Positions 24,915 through 37,240 of a stretch of 64,000 nt of DNA are shown in pieces. Numbering within the stretch: the first letter of the stretch is position 1; each line of letters begins with the position of its first letter. Under the pieces are notes generated by a model. The model was not told where the DNA came from. It ran no database searches and worked only from the letters and a program-made list of their open reading frames with translations. A program made the translations under genes and the position numbers. This DNA is from Octopus vulgaris (lineage: Eukaryota): assembly GCA_951406725.2 (NCBI GenBank), contig OX597823.1, forward strand, positions 104,408,001 to 104,472,000, read 5' to 3'.

Positions 24915-25348
24915 CAGGTTTGTTGGTATTTATATGTTTCTTTATTAGCCACACTGGGCTGCACACAGACAGGACAGATTACAAAGTAGAGCTTTTCTTT
25001 TTGGGGAGAGAAAAAAAAAGTGGGGTAGGTTTTCGATCAAAAGGAATCGTTAAAGGGGAAGAAAAATAACAAAAAAAAAGGAAAGAAAAAAAGAAAAAAA
25101 ACGATCAATAGGGATCGTGTATCACAGAAATGTCATGATGTAAAGTGTAAAGGGGGAAGCAGATAAGGTTTATCCGTGGAAAGAAAAGCCTATGGAAAAG
25201 ACCACGGTAACCTCGGTCAATAATATTACATGTTACCATATTTGTTTGCAAGTAGGTAACCCTCTATTTTAAATTTTTCCGGGTTCATAGGATTATGCTC
25301 AAGGTGGCTTCGTCATTCATACATGCCATCCTTGCTACATTCACCCAT
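24915..25348 (-). mobile_element. 3' end of a LINE (probably L1/Tx1-type): last codons plus 3'UTR
   Basis: Minus strand reads WVNVARMACMNDEATLSIIL*, then a T-rich UTR ending tgtgtgcagcccagtgtggctaataaagaaa. The clade assignment is from recall and is tentative. Confidence 0.55.
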
Positions 25349-25349
25349 C

Positions 25350-26000
25350 ATGTGTATGTATGTGTGTTTAATCAGGTACCTAATGTGGAAAGACCCTCAC
25401 TGTATGAGACATGTAGACACTCATACACTTACATACATTCACAGACAGATACACAGTCATACACAAAATGTGATGTTGTCGTATGAAATGTTATATTGTT
25501 TTAATGAAAATGAAACTAAAATTTCATATTGAGACTGGCCAGCCCTCACACACATATAGTAAGATAGACACACACAGACATACATACACACATGTCACTC
25601 ATCACATATGTGTATGAATGTGTAGGTGTGTGTGTATTTAATAATGTACCGTTACATATGTATATGCATGTATAGATGTGTGTGTGTTTAATAACATACC
25701 TAACAAAAAGACACACACACACACTATGAGACATATACATACTCATACACTAACACACACACACTCACAGACAAATACACAAAATGAGATGCTGTTGTTG
25801 TGATATAAAATGTCCTGTTGACTATAGAAAGATTATCTTTATGAAACATTATCTTGTTTTAATCAAAATGAAAATAATGGAAATGAAAATAAAATTTTGT
25901 ATTGACACTGACCGGCCCTTCACATGCATATAGTATGTTTAATAATCTACCTAACACAGAAAGACACACACACTGTGAGACACATACTCATACACTCACA
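25350..26000. repeat. Degenerate tandem duplication/triplication of a ~200-250-bp unit
   Basis: gtttaata..tacctaac..gagaca..actcatacact recurs at ~25365, 25685 and 25937; aaaatt..tattga.actg..c.gccct recurs at ~25520 and 25890. Confidence 0.6.
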
Positions 26001-27962
26001 TTTTAGTTTATCACATGATGGTCAAGTTCATTTGGCTTTGCATGGACTATCGACACCTTAATGTGACAGACTAGCCAAGCAACCCTACAATCAGCTTTTT
26101 AAGGGATGATTTTTCTCCCTAATTCTTTAGGGAGGTGAGCTGGCTACAAGTGAGTCAGATCTTTAACAATGAGAGCAGTGTATTCCACTTTGCAGCTTTG
26201 GCAGGAAGAGATTTCTAACCAAAATCTTTGATTCTATGTTTTACATTTCTTCTAACAATTGTCTTCAACATTTTGAAACCGTATAATGTTTTTAACAGAG
26301 TTCTACTTCTTGTGCCAGTTGATGTATTCATTTTAGAATTGGAAATAAATATTGCTGTGCGGTCAATTTTAACTTGCCTTCGTATTTTCTTATCAATATT
26401 TATCCTGACTCATATTAACAAAAAGTCATAAGATTACCAGGGCTTAGGCCTCAATGCATTCATTTAGGCCCCCTCGCTAAAACCCAAATCAAATTTATAT
26501 GATTTGTGTTATTAGAAAAAATAAAAAAATAAATGAAAATTGAAGCCTTCTCAATCCTTAAGTTTATTTTAGAATTTTAGGATCCACCCTTGGAGACAAA
26601 GCTACCCCAGGTGGAAGGAAATGATTTGATGCTGGTACTTTCATGTGGTTGAATGGACATTGAACTTCTTTGGTGATGGTTTTTTGTTTTCTGGGAAATG
26701 TATATTTTGGGACTGGAGGCAAACACAAAAATGCTTGTGCGCCAGATATGTACATGAACAAATAGAGAAATAAGAGAGCAAGAGAGAATTAGGATTTGTT
26801 AATTGAACCTGGTTGACATAAATACTTTTCCTCTTATACACATAAAAAGAAGCACGCTCTCACATAAACAGAGAGAGAGAGGAGGTGGAGAAAGCAAAAA
26901 GAGAGAGAGAGAGAGATTGAAGGAAAGCAAGAGGAGAGATAGAGAGAGAGAGAGGAAGCATGAGAGAGAGATGTGTGTGTTACTTAATACATCTTAATGT
27001 TTCTCTACAACTTTTCTACACACAGTGCCAAAATGTAAATTCACTGTCAGTTCTGTTTTGTCAAAGATGTACAGATACCCATTGTGAGAAAATTTTTCTT
27101 TTCCACATTTTGCCAATGTTTCACCAGCCATTTTGTACATAAAGCGAAGCAGAAAGCTAAATGAAATTTAGCAGTCAAGTAGTTTAGTGGTTACGATTTC
27201 AAGTTTGGTGCCAACTAGAATAAAAACAAAATGTTCATGGTGCCAAAAGGTCCTGGGAGCAAAAACATCTCATGTCAAATAAGTCAATGTTGGAACAGTG
27301 ACACCAAATACCCATGATAAACACACCTGTCTCAAAACATCTCATACACCTGTCCAAGTTAATACACAAATAATCTACTACATCAAGTCCAGTTCCTTAG
27401 ACAAGTAACATACATACATACATACATATGCATACATACATATGCATACATACAAATATACATACATGTGCTTATAGTGATAAATTATATGGTTATTGAC
27501 GAATTTGTCTATTTTTGGAATTAGAAATTTTTTTTCTTTTGCCCTTGTTTATAAGTTGTTCATAAATTTAACCTTTAAAGGTATTTTATAATATGCTGGC
27601 CATTGATAGAAATTTTTTCGAAAAATTTTATACATATATACATATATATACATACATACATACATGCACACATTCATACATGCATATATACATGATGGTG
27701 TTGTTGGTGCTGGAGGTGGTGGGTATTTATCTCCCAGCTAGCGATATAAATAAGGGTGCATTTTTCACCAAAAGTCAATATGAAAGTTTCTCTTATGTCC
27801 CCCCCCCCCCACAGTATAGTTACTTCTATCGTTAAATGAGGATTAATATTAACTCTTGATATTAACATTGCCTCTGTTGCTAATAAACATACAAACATAC
27901 ATATACACATATTATGTGTGTGTGTGTGTGTGAGTATGTGTATGTATGTATGAATGTATGTA

Positions 27963-28008
<46 letters not shown>

Positions 28009-28025
28009 TATCTATATATATATTC

Positions 28026-29469
28026 AATAACGGAGGAATTCAAGACAGGATGCCCTTGGGAGCTCCTCTATGCTGATGACCTTGCTCTAATTGCTGAGTC
28101 ACTATCAGAACTGGACGAGAAGTTTCAGGTGTGGAAGCAAGGATTAGAATCGAAGGGCCTTAGAGTCAATCTAGCTAAAACAAAAGTCCTAATAAGTAGG
28201 AAGGTAGACAAATCACAAACGCCTTCAGGTAGATGGCCCTGCTCGATCTGTAGAAAAGGTGTAGGTAGAAACTCTATAAGATGCACCAAGTGTAAGCTAT
28301 GGACACATAAGAGGTGCAGCAATGTCAAAGGAAGGCTAACTAGGAAGATGGTTTTTGTATGTGGCAGATGCTCAGGAACAATAAACACTGAAAATGCTCT
28401 GAGACCAACTTCTGTCACTTTCCAGGGAGAAAAACTAGAAATAGTTGATAGCTTCCGTTACCTAGGTGACCAAGTCAGCAGCGGGGGCGGGTGTGCTGAA
28501 AGTGTAACTGCTAGAGTAAGAATAGCTTGGGCAAAATTCAGAGAGCTCTTACCTCTGCTGGTGACAAAAGACCTCTCGCTCAGAGTAAAAGGCAGACTGT
28601 ATGACGCGTGTGTACGAACAGCCATGCTACATGGCAGTGAAACATGGGCTGTGACTGCTGAGGATATGCGTAAGCTCACGAGAAATGAAGCCAGTATGCT
28701 CCGATGGATGTGTAATGTCAGTATTCATACTCGACAGAGTGTAAGTACCTTGAGAGAAAAGCTGAACCTAAGAAGCATCAGATGTGGTGTGCAAGAGAGA
28801 CGTTTGCGCTGGTATGGGCATGTGGCGAGAATGGATCAAGATAGTTGTGTGAAAAAGTGCCATACCCTGGCGGTTGAGGGAACCTGTGGAAGAGGCAGAC
28901 CCAGGAAAACCTGGGACGAGGTGGTGAAGCACGACCTTCGAACTTTAGGTCTCACTGAGGAAATGACTAGAGACCGAGACCTCTTGAAGTATGCTGTGCG
29001 TGAGAAGACCCGGCAGGACAAGTGAGACCATAACCTGTGGCCTTCTACATGGGATGTAGCCAGCCCACTAATGCATACCTTCCCTTCTTTGGACACAAAA
29101 CTCTACTTGTGAAGACCTGTTGAGGCAAGTGAGAATCAGAATCAGAATCGAAATTGATCAATGGAAATTGCAACTGAGTTACCAGTGCCGGTGGCACGTA
29201 AGAGAACCATCCGAACGTGGCCGTTGCCAGCGCCGCCCCGACTGGCCTCGTGCTGGTGGCACGTAAAAAGCACCATCCGTTTGTGGCCGTTGCCAGCCTC
29301 GCCTGGCACGTAAAAAGCACCCACTACACTCATGGAGTGGTTGGCGTTAGGAAGGGCATCCAGCTGTAGAAACATTGCCAGATCAGACTGGGCCTGGTGC
29401 AGCCTTATGGCTTCCCAGACCCCAGTTGCACCGTCCAACCCATGCCAGCATGGAAAGCGGACGCTAAAC

Positions 29470-29500
<31 letters not shown>
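28026..29500 (+). mobile_element. 5'-truncated RTE-clade LINE with repeat-containing 3'UTR and (GAT)n tail, within (TA)n
   Basis: Contains ELLYADDLAL, FRYLG, AMLHGSETW, RRLRWYGHV and GRGRPRKTW; highly similar to 59344-61799. Confidence 0.95.
28129..29025 (+). CDS. RTE LINE RT C-terminal half with embedded PHD-like finger (open frame of a truncated copy; no real start)
   Basis: 298-aa ORF; CX2C-X10-CX2C-X4-H-X2-C-X14-CX2C at 28240-28371. Confidence 0.8.
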   Translation: MWKQGLESKGLRVNLAKTKVLISRKVDKSQTPSGRWPCSICRKGVGRNSIRCTKCKLWTHKRCSNVKGRLTRKMVFVCGRCSGTINTENALRPTSVTFQGEKLEIVDSFRYLGDQVSSGGGCAESVTARVRIAWAKFRELLPLLVTKDLSLRVKGRLYDACVRTAMLHGSETWAVTAEDMRKLTRNEASMLRWMCNVSIHTRQSVSTLREKLNLRSIRCGVQERRLRWYGHVARMDQDSCVKKCHTLAVEGTCGRGRPRKTWDEVVKHDLRTLGLTEEMTRDRDLLKYAVREKTRQDK

Positions 29501-29537
<37 letters not shown>

Positions 29538-29549
29538 TCTATATATATA

Positions 29550-30215
29550 TGTATACAAAATTTAGAGGACTGATCACTAAAAGTGGTCATTTGTCTTGCT
29601 TATTTTTACACTTTGATTTTTTGCTGAGTTTTTTCTTGAGAACACATTCTTCATGGAAAATGGCGATTTGACATCTATATCTAGCATGTAGGCTGTCCAC
29701 TTTTAGTGGTCAGTTCTCTAAATTTTGTATGTAAAAAAATTGTTTAATCTTCGGATTTTTAAAAATATGCTAGGCCACTGGTTTTAATTGATTAATATCA
29801 ATTCCTACCCTTATTTAATTTTTTATATATATATACTTATATAAATACATACATATATATACTTATATACATACATACAAAGACAATCACACTGACGAGC
29901 TACGGACAATTACGTAAGCAGTAATAACGAAACTAGTTTGTGATTAATCTATATTTTGTTTCTTTTCATTTGTCTTGCTCACTTACGTTCTGGCATTTGT
30001 TAAATTTTCTTGAGAACATTCCTTTCTTTGTGGTAAGACCATAGCGGATCTACTTCTAGCATACGGATGTCCACGTAGTGGTCATCCCTCTTATATGTAT
30101 GTAATATAATTTTTCTGTATCTTCAGATTTTAATATGCTAGACCACTGGTTTTAAATTGAGATTAATCAAATTAATATTCAATTTTTCACCCTTATTATT
30201 TTAAATTTATATATA
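29550..30215. mobile_element. Two diverged direct copies of a Penelope-like terminal repeat; first with 33-bp inverted arms, second with a hammerhead-like motif
   Basis: catttgtcttgct..ttttcttgagaacat..ccactggttttaa recurs at 29588-29825 and 29967-30210. ctgacga..gaaactagtt lies at 29892-29938. Confidence 0.6.
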
Positions 30216-30329
30216 TATATGTATATAGTCATTTCAAGAATGTCATGTCCTCATTAGGGATTAATAAATCCAAAATTTCACAATCTCCATCATATTAGAA
30301 GAAAGAAAAAAAAAAATATATATATATAT

Positions 30330-30524
30330 AGTTAATCCAAACATGAAAACACAACAACGCGAGGACGTGGAACAAGTATAGTGTTATTGGATGCTCAGGA
30401 AAGGAAAGAAAGAAGGAGGAATCAACCTTTCGAGCGGAGCTCTTCGTCAGAAACATAGGAAGAGGAAAGATTCAACGAAGGGAAGACGGAGGAAAAAAAT
30501 CGCCAACAATACACAAGCAGTCAC

Positions 30525-30525
<1 letters not shown>
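30330..30525 (-). mobile_element. Penelope-like terminal fragment between (TA)n arrays
   Basis: Minus strand gtttctgacgaagagctccgctcgaaagg; related to 9410-9597. Confidence 0.55.
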
Positions 30526-30566
<41 letters not shown>

Positions 30567-31299
30567 CATATATATATATATGTACTAGTTAATAAACCAT
30601 ATTGGTATACACCTGGTAGTTTGCCAGTAAAGCAGATTCACTGTCTCAGAGTTCATTGGGTATTAATGAGAGAGACAAAAGATGGAAGATACGAGAATAT
30701 TTATTAATCACTACAATTGCTTCAACCAATCTAACACTGATGCCTCGCGAGCGGGAACCAGAAACTTTGGTTTAGGTATATCCTTCAGTGTAGATGTTTC
30801 TCCTCAGGTGATTTCAATAGGTATCTCATTAAAATAAACTCTGCTCCACAAGATTTCTTCTTGGTCTTTGTATATAGAAATGGCAAATTAAGTTATACAG
30901 CTTCATTCTTATAGAAGATCCATAACAAATATCAGATATCAAAAAGAAACAAATATATATGTAAGCAGAGATACCAGGATATTATATCAAAGTAACATTT
31001 CCAATTAATCTCTTAATGTGAAAGATTTATACACACACACACAGTCACACATAATACATACATGCTAATATATATGTATATGTATGTGGTGTCTGTGTGT
31101 GTATGCATATATGTATACAATGCCCCCACCCCCACCCCCACACAAATCAATAATCTCCGTAGGTGGAAACCAGTACACTAAACTACCTTTGTGATATTGT
31201 CGTCACTACCTCTAAATAGATATCATCTCATGACGTTATTCGATACTATGACGACAGTTTGAGTATTTCCCATGGGTGTTATGGTCACACCCTTGATAG

Positions 31300-32312
31300 A
31301 TTTAGGAAGCAGCTAATTTCTACTTTTAATCAATTAGGACTTAAAATTACAGTAGCTACTAATCTCTCTATAGTAGATATTTCCCTAGATTGAAACTGCT
31401 CCTTGTATAAACCTTTCCATAAGCCTAATGAGAAACTTGCATATATACATAAAGCCATGTCACCCTCCTGTAGTATTTAAAAACCTGCTAGCTAATATTA
31501 GTAAGTGTCTAACCTCTCTTCTTCCAAAGAAATTTTCAAGAAAGCTGCACCTTATTATAACAAGGCCTTAGCCAATAGAGACTTCAAAGATACATTAATA
31601 TATAATCCCTCTAATAATAATCAAAATATTAATAATAGATCTAGTGGCATCACAGATAAAATAATACATAACCACTCTAGTATGAATTTGGATGATAAGA
31701 AACCTAAAAAGAGGCCAAGGAAAATGATTTGGTTTGCTCCTCCCTTTTCCCTTAATATAAAAACTAACATTGCTAAAAGATTCCTGTTTCTCCTAGACAA
31801 GCACTTTCCATTCACTCACAGATACTGGAAATATCTAATAGGTGTTCTGTGAAATTATCATATACCTGCTGCCCCAATATGAAGAGTATCATTACACGTG
31901 GTCAATACCAAGAGCCTGAATGCAGTTGCAATCCAGGATTCTCTCCACTTGACCAACGATGTATGACTAAATCTATCATATACGAGGCAGCAGTTACTAC
32001 AACCCTAAAAAATAATACAAGTGATAAGAAGGCCTATATTGGATTATGCAAAGCTGAATTTAAAAATCACTATGCCTTCCAACACAGGGACAAAAGTAAA
32101 GCTACGAAGTTGGCTAGCTACATGTGGACTTCGAAAGATAACGAAACACTGCATGTGATTAAATGGAAAGTAATTGAGAAATCCATACCTTATGTGAATG
32201 GATCAAATAAATGTAGACCTTGTTTGGCTCAAAGAACACAGATCCTGTTCAGATCTAAGATCCTTATCTCTCTATTGAATTCCAGGTCAGAAATTTTCAG
32301 TGGTTTCATGCA
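31300..32312 (+). pseudogene. Penelope-like retroelement, RT thumb + linker + GIY-YIG endonuclease, frameshifted
   Basis: KPNEKLAYIHK..HPP, IWFAPPFSLNIKTNIAKRFL, KLSYTCCPNM, C.C..PLDQRC, IIYEA..AYIGL (GIY-YIG), KCRPCL and LLNSRSE. Confidence 0.9.
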
Positions 32313-32324
32313 TATCTCTTTCTA

Positions 32325-33060
32325 TCTTACTTGTTTCAATCATTTGACTGTGGCCATGCTGGAGCACCATCTTTAGTTGAGCAAATCGACCCCGGGACTT
32401 ATTCTTTGTAAGCCCAGTACTTATTCTATCGGTCTCTTTTGCTGAACCGCTAAGTGACGGGGACGTAAACACACCAGCATCGGTTGTCAAGCAATGCTAG
32501 GGGGACAAACACAGACACATACTATATATATATATATACGACAGGCTTCTTTAAGTTTCTGTCTACCAAATCCACTCACAAAGCATTGGTCGGCCCGGGG
32601 CTATAGCAGAAGACACTTGCCCAAGATGCCACGCAGTGGGACTGAACTCAGAACCATGTGGTTGGTTAGCAAGCTACTTACCACACAGCCACTCCTGCAC
32701 CTTGTGTATAAAATATATGTATAAATATATTTTGAAACCTTAAAGGGTTTGGTCAAACAAATAGATCCCCTACTTATTTTTTTTAAGGCCGTATACTTAT
32801 TCTGTTAGTCTCTTTTGCAAAACTACCAAGTTACAAGGACAGAAACAAACCAACACCAGTTATCAAGAGGTGGGTGGTAGGCGACAGATATATACAGATT
32901 TTCTGTACGATGGGCTTCTTTCAGTTTCCATCTACCAAATCCACTCAAAAACATGTTGATTGGCCGGGGGCTATGGCAGAAGACCCTTGTTCAATGTGCC
33001 ACACATTGGGACTGAACTCTGGACTATGTGGTTAGGAAGCAATCTTCTTACCACACACAT
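32325..33060 (-). mobile_element. Two tandem SINE family A copies
   Basis: Full copy at 32325-32701 and a degenerate copy at 32740-33058. Confidence 0.85.
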
Positions 33061-33720
33061 TTATGGTCATAGTTAATCAAAACAGAGAAGCATACACCAG
33101 ACAACTTTATTACATGACCTTGTTAGAAATGTCATAGCAGATTTAATGCTGGTCAGAGAGCTATGTCGATTTGTTCTCTAGAAACTTATTACTCTTCAAT
33201 GAAACCTTTGTCAATTTTCATTTAAACTCAAAACTTTACCAGAATTCATAAAAGAATAGATTTTCTTTTTATCATCTAATAAGCGAACTGATAAAATGAA
33301 TATGTAGATGTCTATTGTGAAGGAGTGATGACACTATCACTAAGGTAGTTTAGTGTACTAGTTTCCACTTACATAAGTTATTGATTTGTATGTGCGTGTG
33401 TATAAATTACATACATATATACACATACACAAACATTTATATATGTCTCTCTTTCTTCATGTGTGTCTCATTCCCTTTGTTTATTCCACTACTCCATCCA
33501 TCTATCTATATATTTTATTTAAAAGCAGCAGAAATATAACAAAAGTTATCGTTATATTTCTGCTGCTTTTAAATAAAACATATTGCTCTACCTCTGGTAT
33601 TTGAGTACTCTTTTTTCCACCTTGCTTACTCAGGTATATATATATAATAATAATATTAGGGAGTATAACTCCAAACTTACAGGGAAAAATTCAATTTAGT
33701 ATTAAATCAAATTTCACAAT

Positions 33721-34062
33721 ATATATATATATAAAATATAAATTAGAGATAAAACCACTATTATGCAACTCAGTGATCGACATAAACCAATACACAAATA
33801 ACAAGTATATAATAATTAATTTTTTTTTTTCAAAAGGTATAAAATGAATGATAAATATAATATAAGTACTTATTATATTATATTATAAAATATTTACTTA
33901 CTATATTATAATAATTTACATATTATATTATATTTAATATTCATTTTATACCTTTTGAAAAAAAAAAAATTATTATATATATTGTTATTTATGTATTTAT
34001 GTCTATCACTGTTTGAGTTGCATAATAGTAGTTTTATCTCTAATTTATATTTTATATATATA
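33721..34062. repeat. AT-rich long inverted repeat (~140-bp arms)
   Basis: ataaaatataaattagagataaaaccactattatgcaactca..tttcaaaaggtataaaatgaat vs attcattttataccttttgaaa..tgagttgcataatagtagttttatctctaatttatattttat. Confidence 0.9.
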
Positions 34063-34074
34063 TAAAATGTCATA

Positions 34075-35110
34075 ATTTAACATTCGTTTTCCATGCTGGC
34101 ATTAGTTGGACAGTTTGACAAGAGTTGGCAAACCAAGCTCCAATTAACTTTTGCATGGTCTCTACAGCTGGACGCTCTTCCTAATACCAGTCACTTTACG
34201 GGGTGTACTGGATATACACATGTCTTTATTTTTTACTTGGTTTCAGTCACTGGACTGTGGCCATGCTGGGGTACTGACTTAAGAAATTTTTAATTGATGA
34301 AATTGACCTCATGATTTCGAATATACATCACTTTTTGATTAACTGCTAAGGTATAAGGATGTAAAGAAACCTCACCAGTTATCAAGTTTCAAGCGACAAA
34401 CATATGGGCTTACGGCAATCTCTGATTATCAAATTCACTCATAAGGCATTGTTTGGCCCAGGGCTAAAGAAGAAAATTGTCCAAAGTGCTGCACGGTAGG
34501 ATTGAACTAAAAGCCACATAATTGTGATATGAACTTCTTGACCTCACAGCCATCTTCTCTCACCTTCTCCAAGTAGCGTAGCTAAGTATCTCCTCTTCTG
34601 CAAGACATCTGTTTCCGAGTCCCTATTATTGTCTAACCTCTCAGCTGGCACAAAGTCACCTGCCTCAATTCTACTTCCACTTCATCAGTTGAGGGATCTT
34701 GTTTTACAAATTACTTGGTGACTCACTGGTGTCACATAAAAAACCCTCAATATACTCTGTATTAAAGTGGTAGGCATTAAGCAATGGAAACCATGCCAAA
34801 GCTGGCAGTACATGGCACAGTCCTCTGGTTCACCAGTTCCTAACTATCCAACCCATGCTAGCATGAAAAGCAGACTTTAAATGATAATATATATATACAT
34901 GTGTTTATGTATATGTTTATATATATATATATCTGTGCTGATATGTTAAAAAAAAAAAAAAGGGCACTCAATTCACTTGTTTGGTGCTAGAAAGGGTATC
35001 CAGCCATAAAAACCACACCAAAGCAGCCTGGTGCAGTCTTCTGCCTGGCCAGCTCCTACCAAATTGTTCAACCCATGCCAGCATGAAGAGCAGACATTAA
35101 ATGATGAGGA
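34075..35110. mobile_element. Patchwork of degenerate RTE tails and SINE family A
   Basis: RTE tail (-) at 34078-34210, SINE A (-) at 34232-34552, RTE tails (+) at 34735-34885 and 34980-35110. Confidence 0.7.
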
Positions 35111-35122
35111 TGTAGAAGTGTA

Positions 35123-36294
35123 TAGAAGGGTGAGCTGAAAAGTTTGTAGGCTGACTAAGAAGGAGTGATGCTAGAGCTGTGAAATCTTGTATGCATTAAT
35201 TTCATTCCCTTCTTATTAATAACTGCATTGTTTCTTTTCAGGCAAACTGACATCTCACTGTTTAAAGAAGACTCCAATAGTAACTAATAGTGACTTCTCT
35301 TGAAAATGGACAAAATTTGGTATTACCTGCAGAAAAAGTGCTTAGCCCCTCCCCCAAGACATTTATGTGGCATTAGATGACACTTCAGCTTTAACAACAG
35401 TGGAGAAGGGGCAGCTGAATTTAGGAATGAAAGGGAGAATCTTGAAGATGACCAAAGGTCTTGGACGTCCTGCAACTGCCACCACTAAAGAAGTCATTGA
35501 CTGTTTGCACCTTACGATGATTGAGGACAGGTGACTGACTAGGAATCAGGTAGCCAATGCTATTAACACATCCTGTGAGAGAGTCGAGAATATTGTGCTG
35601 AATGAACTTGGCCTGATGAAGGTTTTTGCTGTGGATGTCATGTTTTCTGACACCTGATCAGAAGCATGCCAGGCTGATCACATCATGGGAAAATCTGATA
35701 TTGTTTGAGGCAGATCCAGCTGGTTTCCCAAGTCAGGGGCAAAGAGACAATCCATCCAGTAGAAATACCCCTCCTCCAAAGAAGGTCAAGATCATTTCAT
35801 CAGCAGGGAAGGTGATAGCCTCAGTTTTTTGGATGCAAAAAGCATTGCGTCTATGGACTATCTTCAAAAGGACCACACCATCAATGCCAACATACTGAAG
35901 CAGTTAAGAAAGGCAAACAAGACCAAATGCACAGGAAGATTGATAAAAGGGTTCTTGTTTTATCAGGACAATACTCTGATACAAAAGTTTTACATTTCAG
36001 TGGCTACTGTGCATGACTGTCTTTGAACTGGTTGATCAACCTTCCTATTCTCATAATTTGGCCCCATCTGTTCCCTAACATGAAAAAAAAAAAAAACCAC
36101 ATGGCTGGGGACCAGTATCACAGTGACGATGATGTTATATCTGCAGTTTTTTTACCAAGATAAAAGCTTCCTCACCAATAGGATTGAAGCACTGCAACAC
36201 CGATGGAAGAAGTGTGGACCATGTTGAAAAATAACCTCATTGGGCCAATGTGAGTGACTTGGTCAGCCTATGAATTTTTCAGCTGACTCTTGTA
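35123..36294 (+). mobile_element. Full-span, decayed mariner transposon
   Basis: TIRs tagaagggtgagctgaaaagtttgtaggctgac / gtcagcctatgaatttttcagctgactcttgta. Transposase remnants: PPPKKVKIISSAGKVIASVFW, DYLQK..TIN, FYQDN and a QPSYS.NLAP motif. Confidence 0.9.
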
Positions 36295-36505
36295 CCTGCG
36301 AACATGTGGCTGCCATCAACATTCTTCTTTAGTTTCTCTCTCCATCGTATTATAACTCTTCTATTAGCCAAATTGCCCTCAGTGTGCAGAGATACTGTAT
36401 AGAGCACTCAGTGGCTAGCAAATGAGCAGAGACTATGTAGAGTTGAATGGATTCTTCAGTCTTGTCATGATGCTATGATATAGGGTGCACCCAATACACT
36501 GCATT

Positions 36506-36762
36506 GGAGGCACATGGCCTAGTGGTCAGAGCAGCAGACTTGCGGGTTCAAATCTCAGACCGGGTGATGTGTGAGTTTATGAGCGAAACACCTAAGCTCC
36601 ACGCGGCTCCGGCAGAAGGTAATGGCGAACTTCTGCCGACTCTTTCCTCCTGCATCTTGCCGCTCACCTGTGACGGACCGGCATCCTGTCCAGGTGGGGA
36701 ACCTATACGCCAAGGAAACCAGCCCTTATGAGCCAGGCATGGCTTGAGAAGGAACAAAACAA
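36506..36762 (+). mobile_element. SINE family C variant with a V-domain-like 3' module
   Basis: ggaggcacatggcctagtggtcagagc..gagcgaaacacctaagctccacg, then cctgtgacggaccggcatcctgtccagg. Confidence 0.75.
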
Positions 36763-36939
36763 TACACTGCATGTGAGGTGATTGATGTTAGGAAGAGCAC
36801 CGTGCAACAGAAACCTAAAGTGAGTGTAGCAGAGAAACACAGTACTTGGGTCCAGCGAAGGGGGCAAAGAACCGACTCACATTGTGACAATCCATCCAAC
36901 CCATGCCAGCATGGAAAGCAAATGTAAAGTGAGGATACT

Positions 36940-37240
36940 TTTTACTTGTTTCAGTCATTGAACTACAGCCATGATGGAGCATTACCTTGAAGAAGCTAGT
37001 TGAATAAATTGACCATAGTATTTATTGCCGGATATTTATTCTATGGGTCTTTTTTTTTTTTTTCTACTGAACTGCTTAAGTCACTGGGATGTAAACAAAC
37101 TGAAAACATAGAAATATACATGCTTCTTTCAGTTTCCACCTACCAAATCTTTGGTCAGCCTGTGGCTTCAGTAGAAGACACTTGCCCATGGTGCTATGCA
37201 GTGGGACGGAATCCAGAACCAAACTTCTTACTACAAAGCC
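36940..37240 (-). mobile_element. Degenerate SINE family A
   Basis: ttttacttgtttcagtcatt..agaagacacttgcccatggtgc. Confidence 0.75.

Noticed and set aside
26641-26841. SWIM-like CSC..H motif suggesting a MULE transposase remnant
   Set aside because: Ligand spacing is incomplete and no other transposase motifs are visible.
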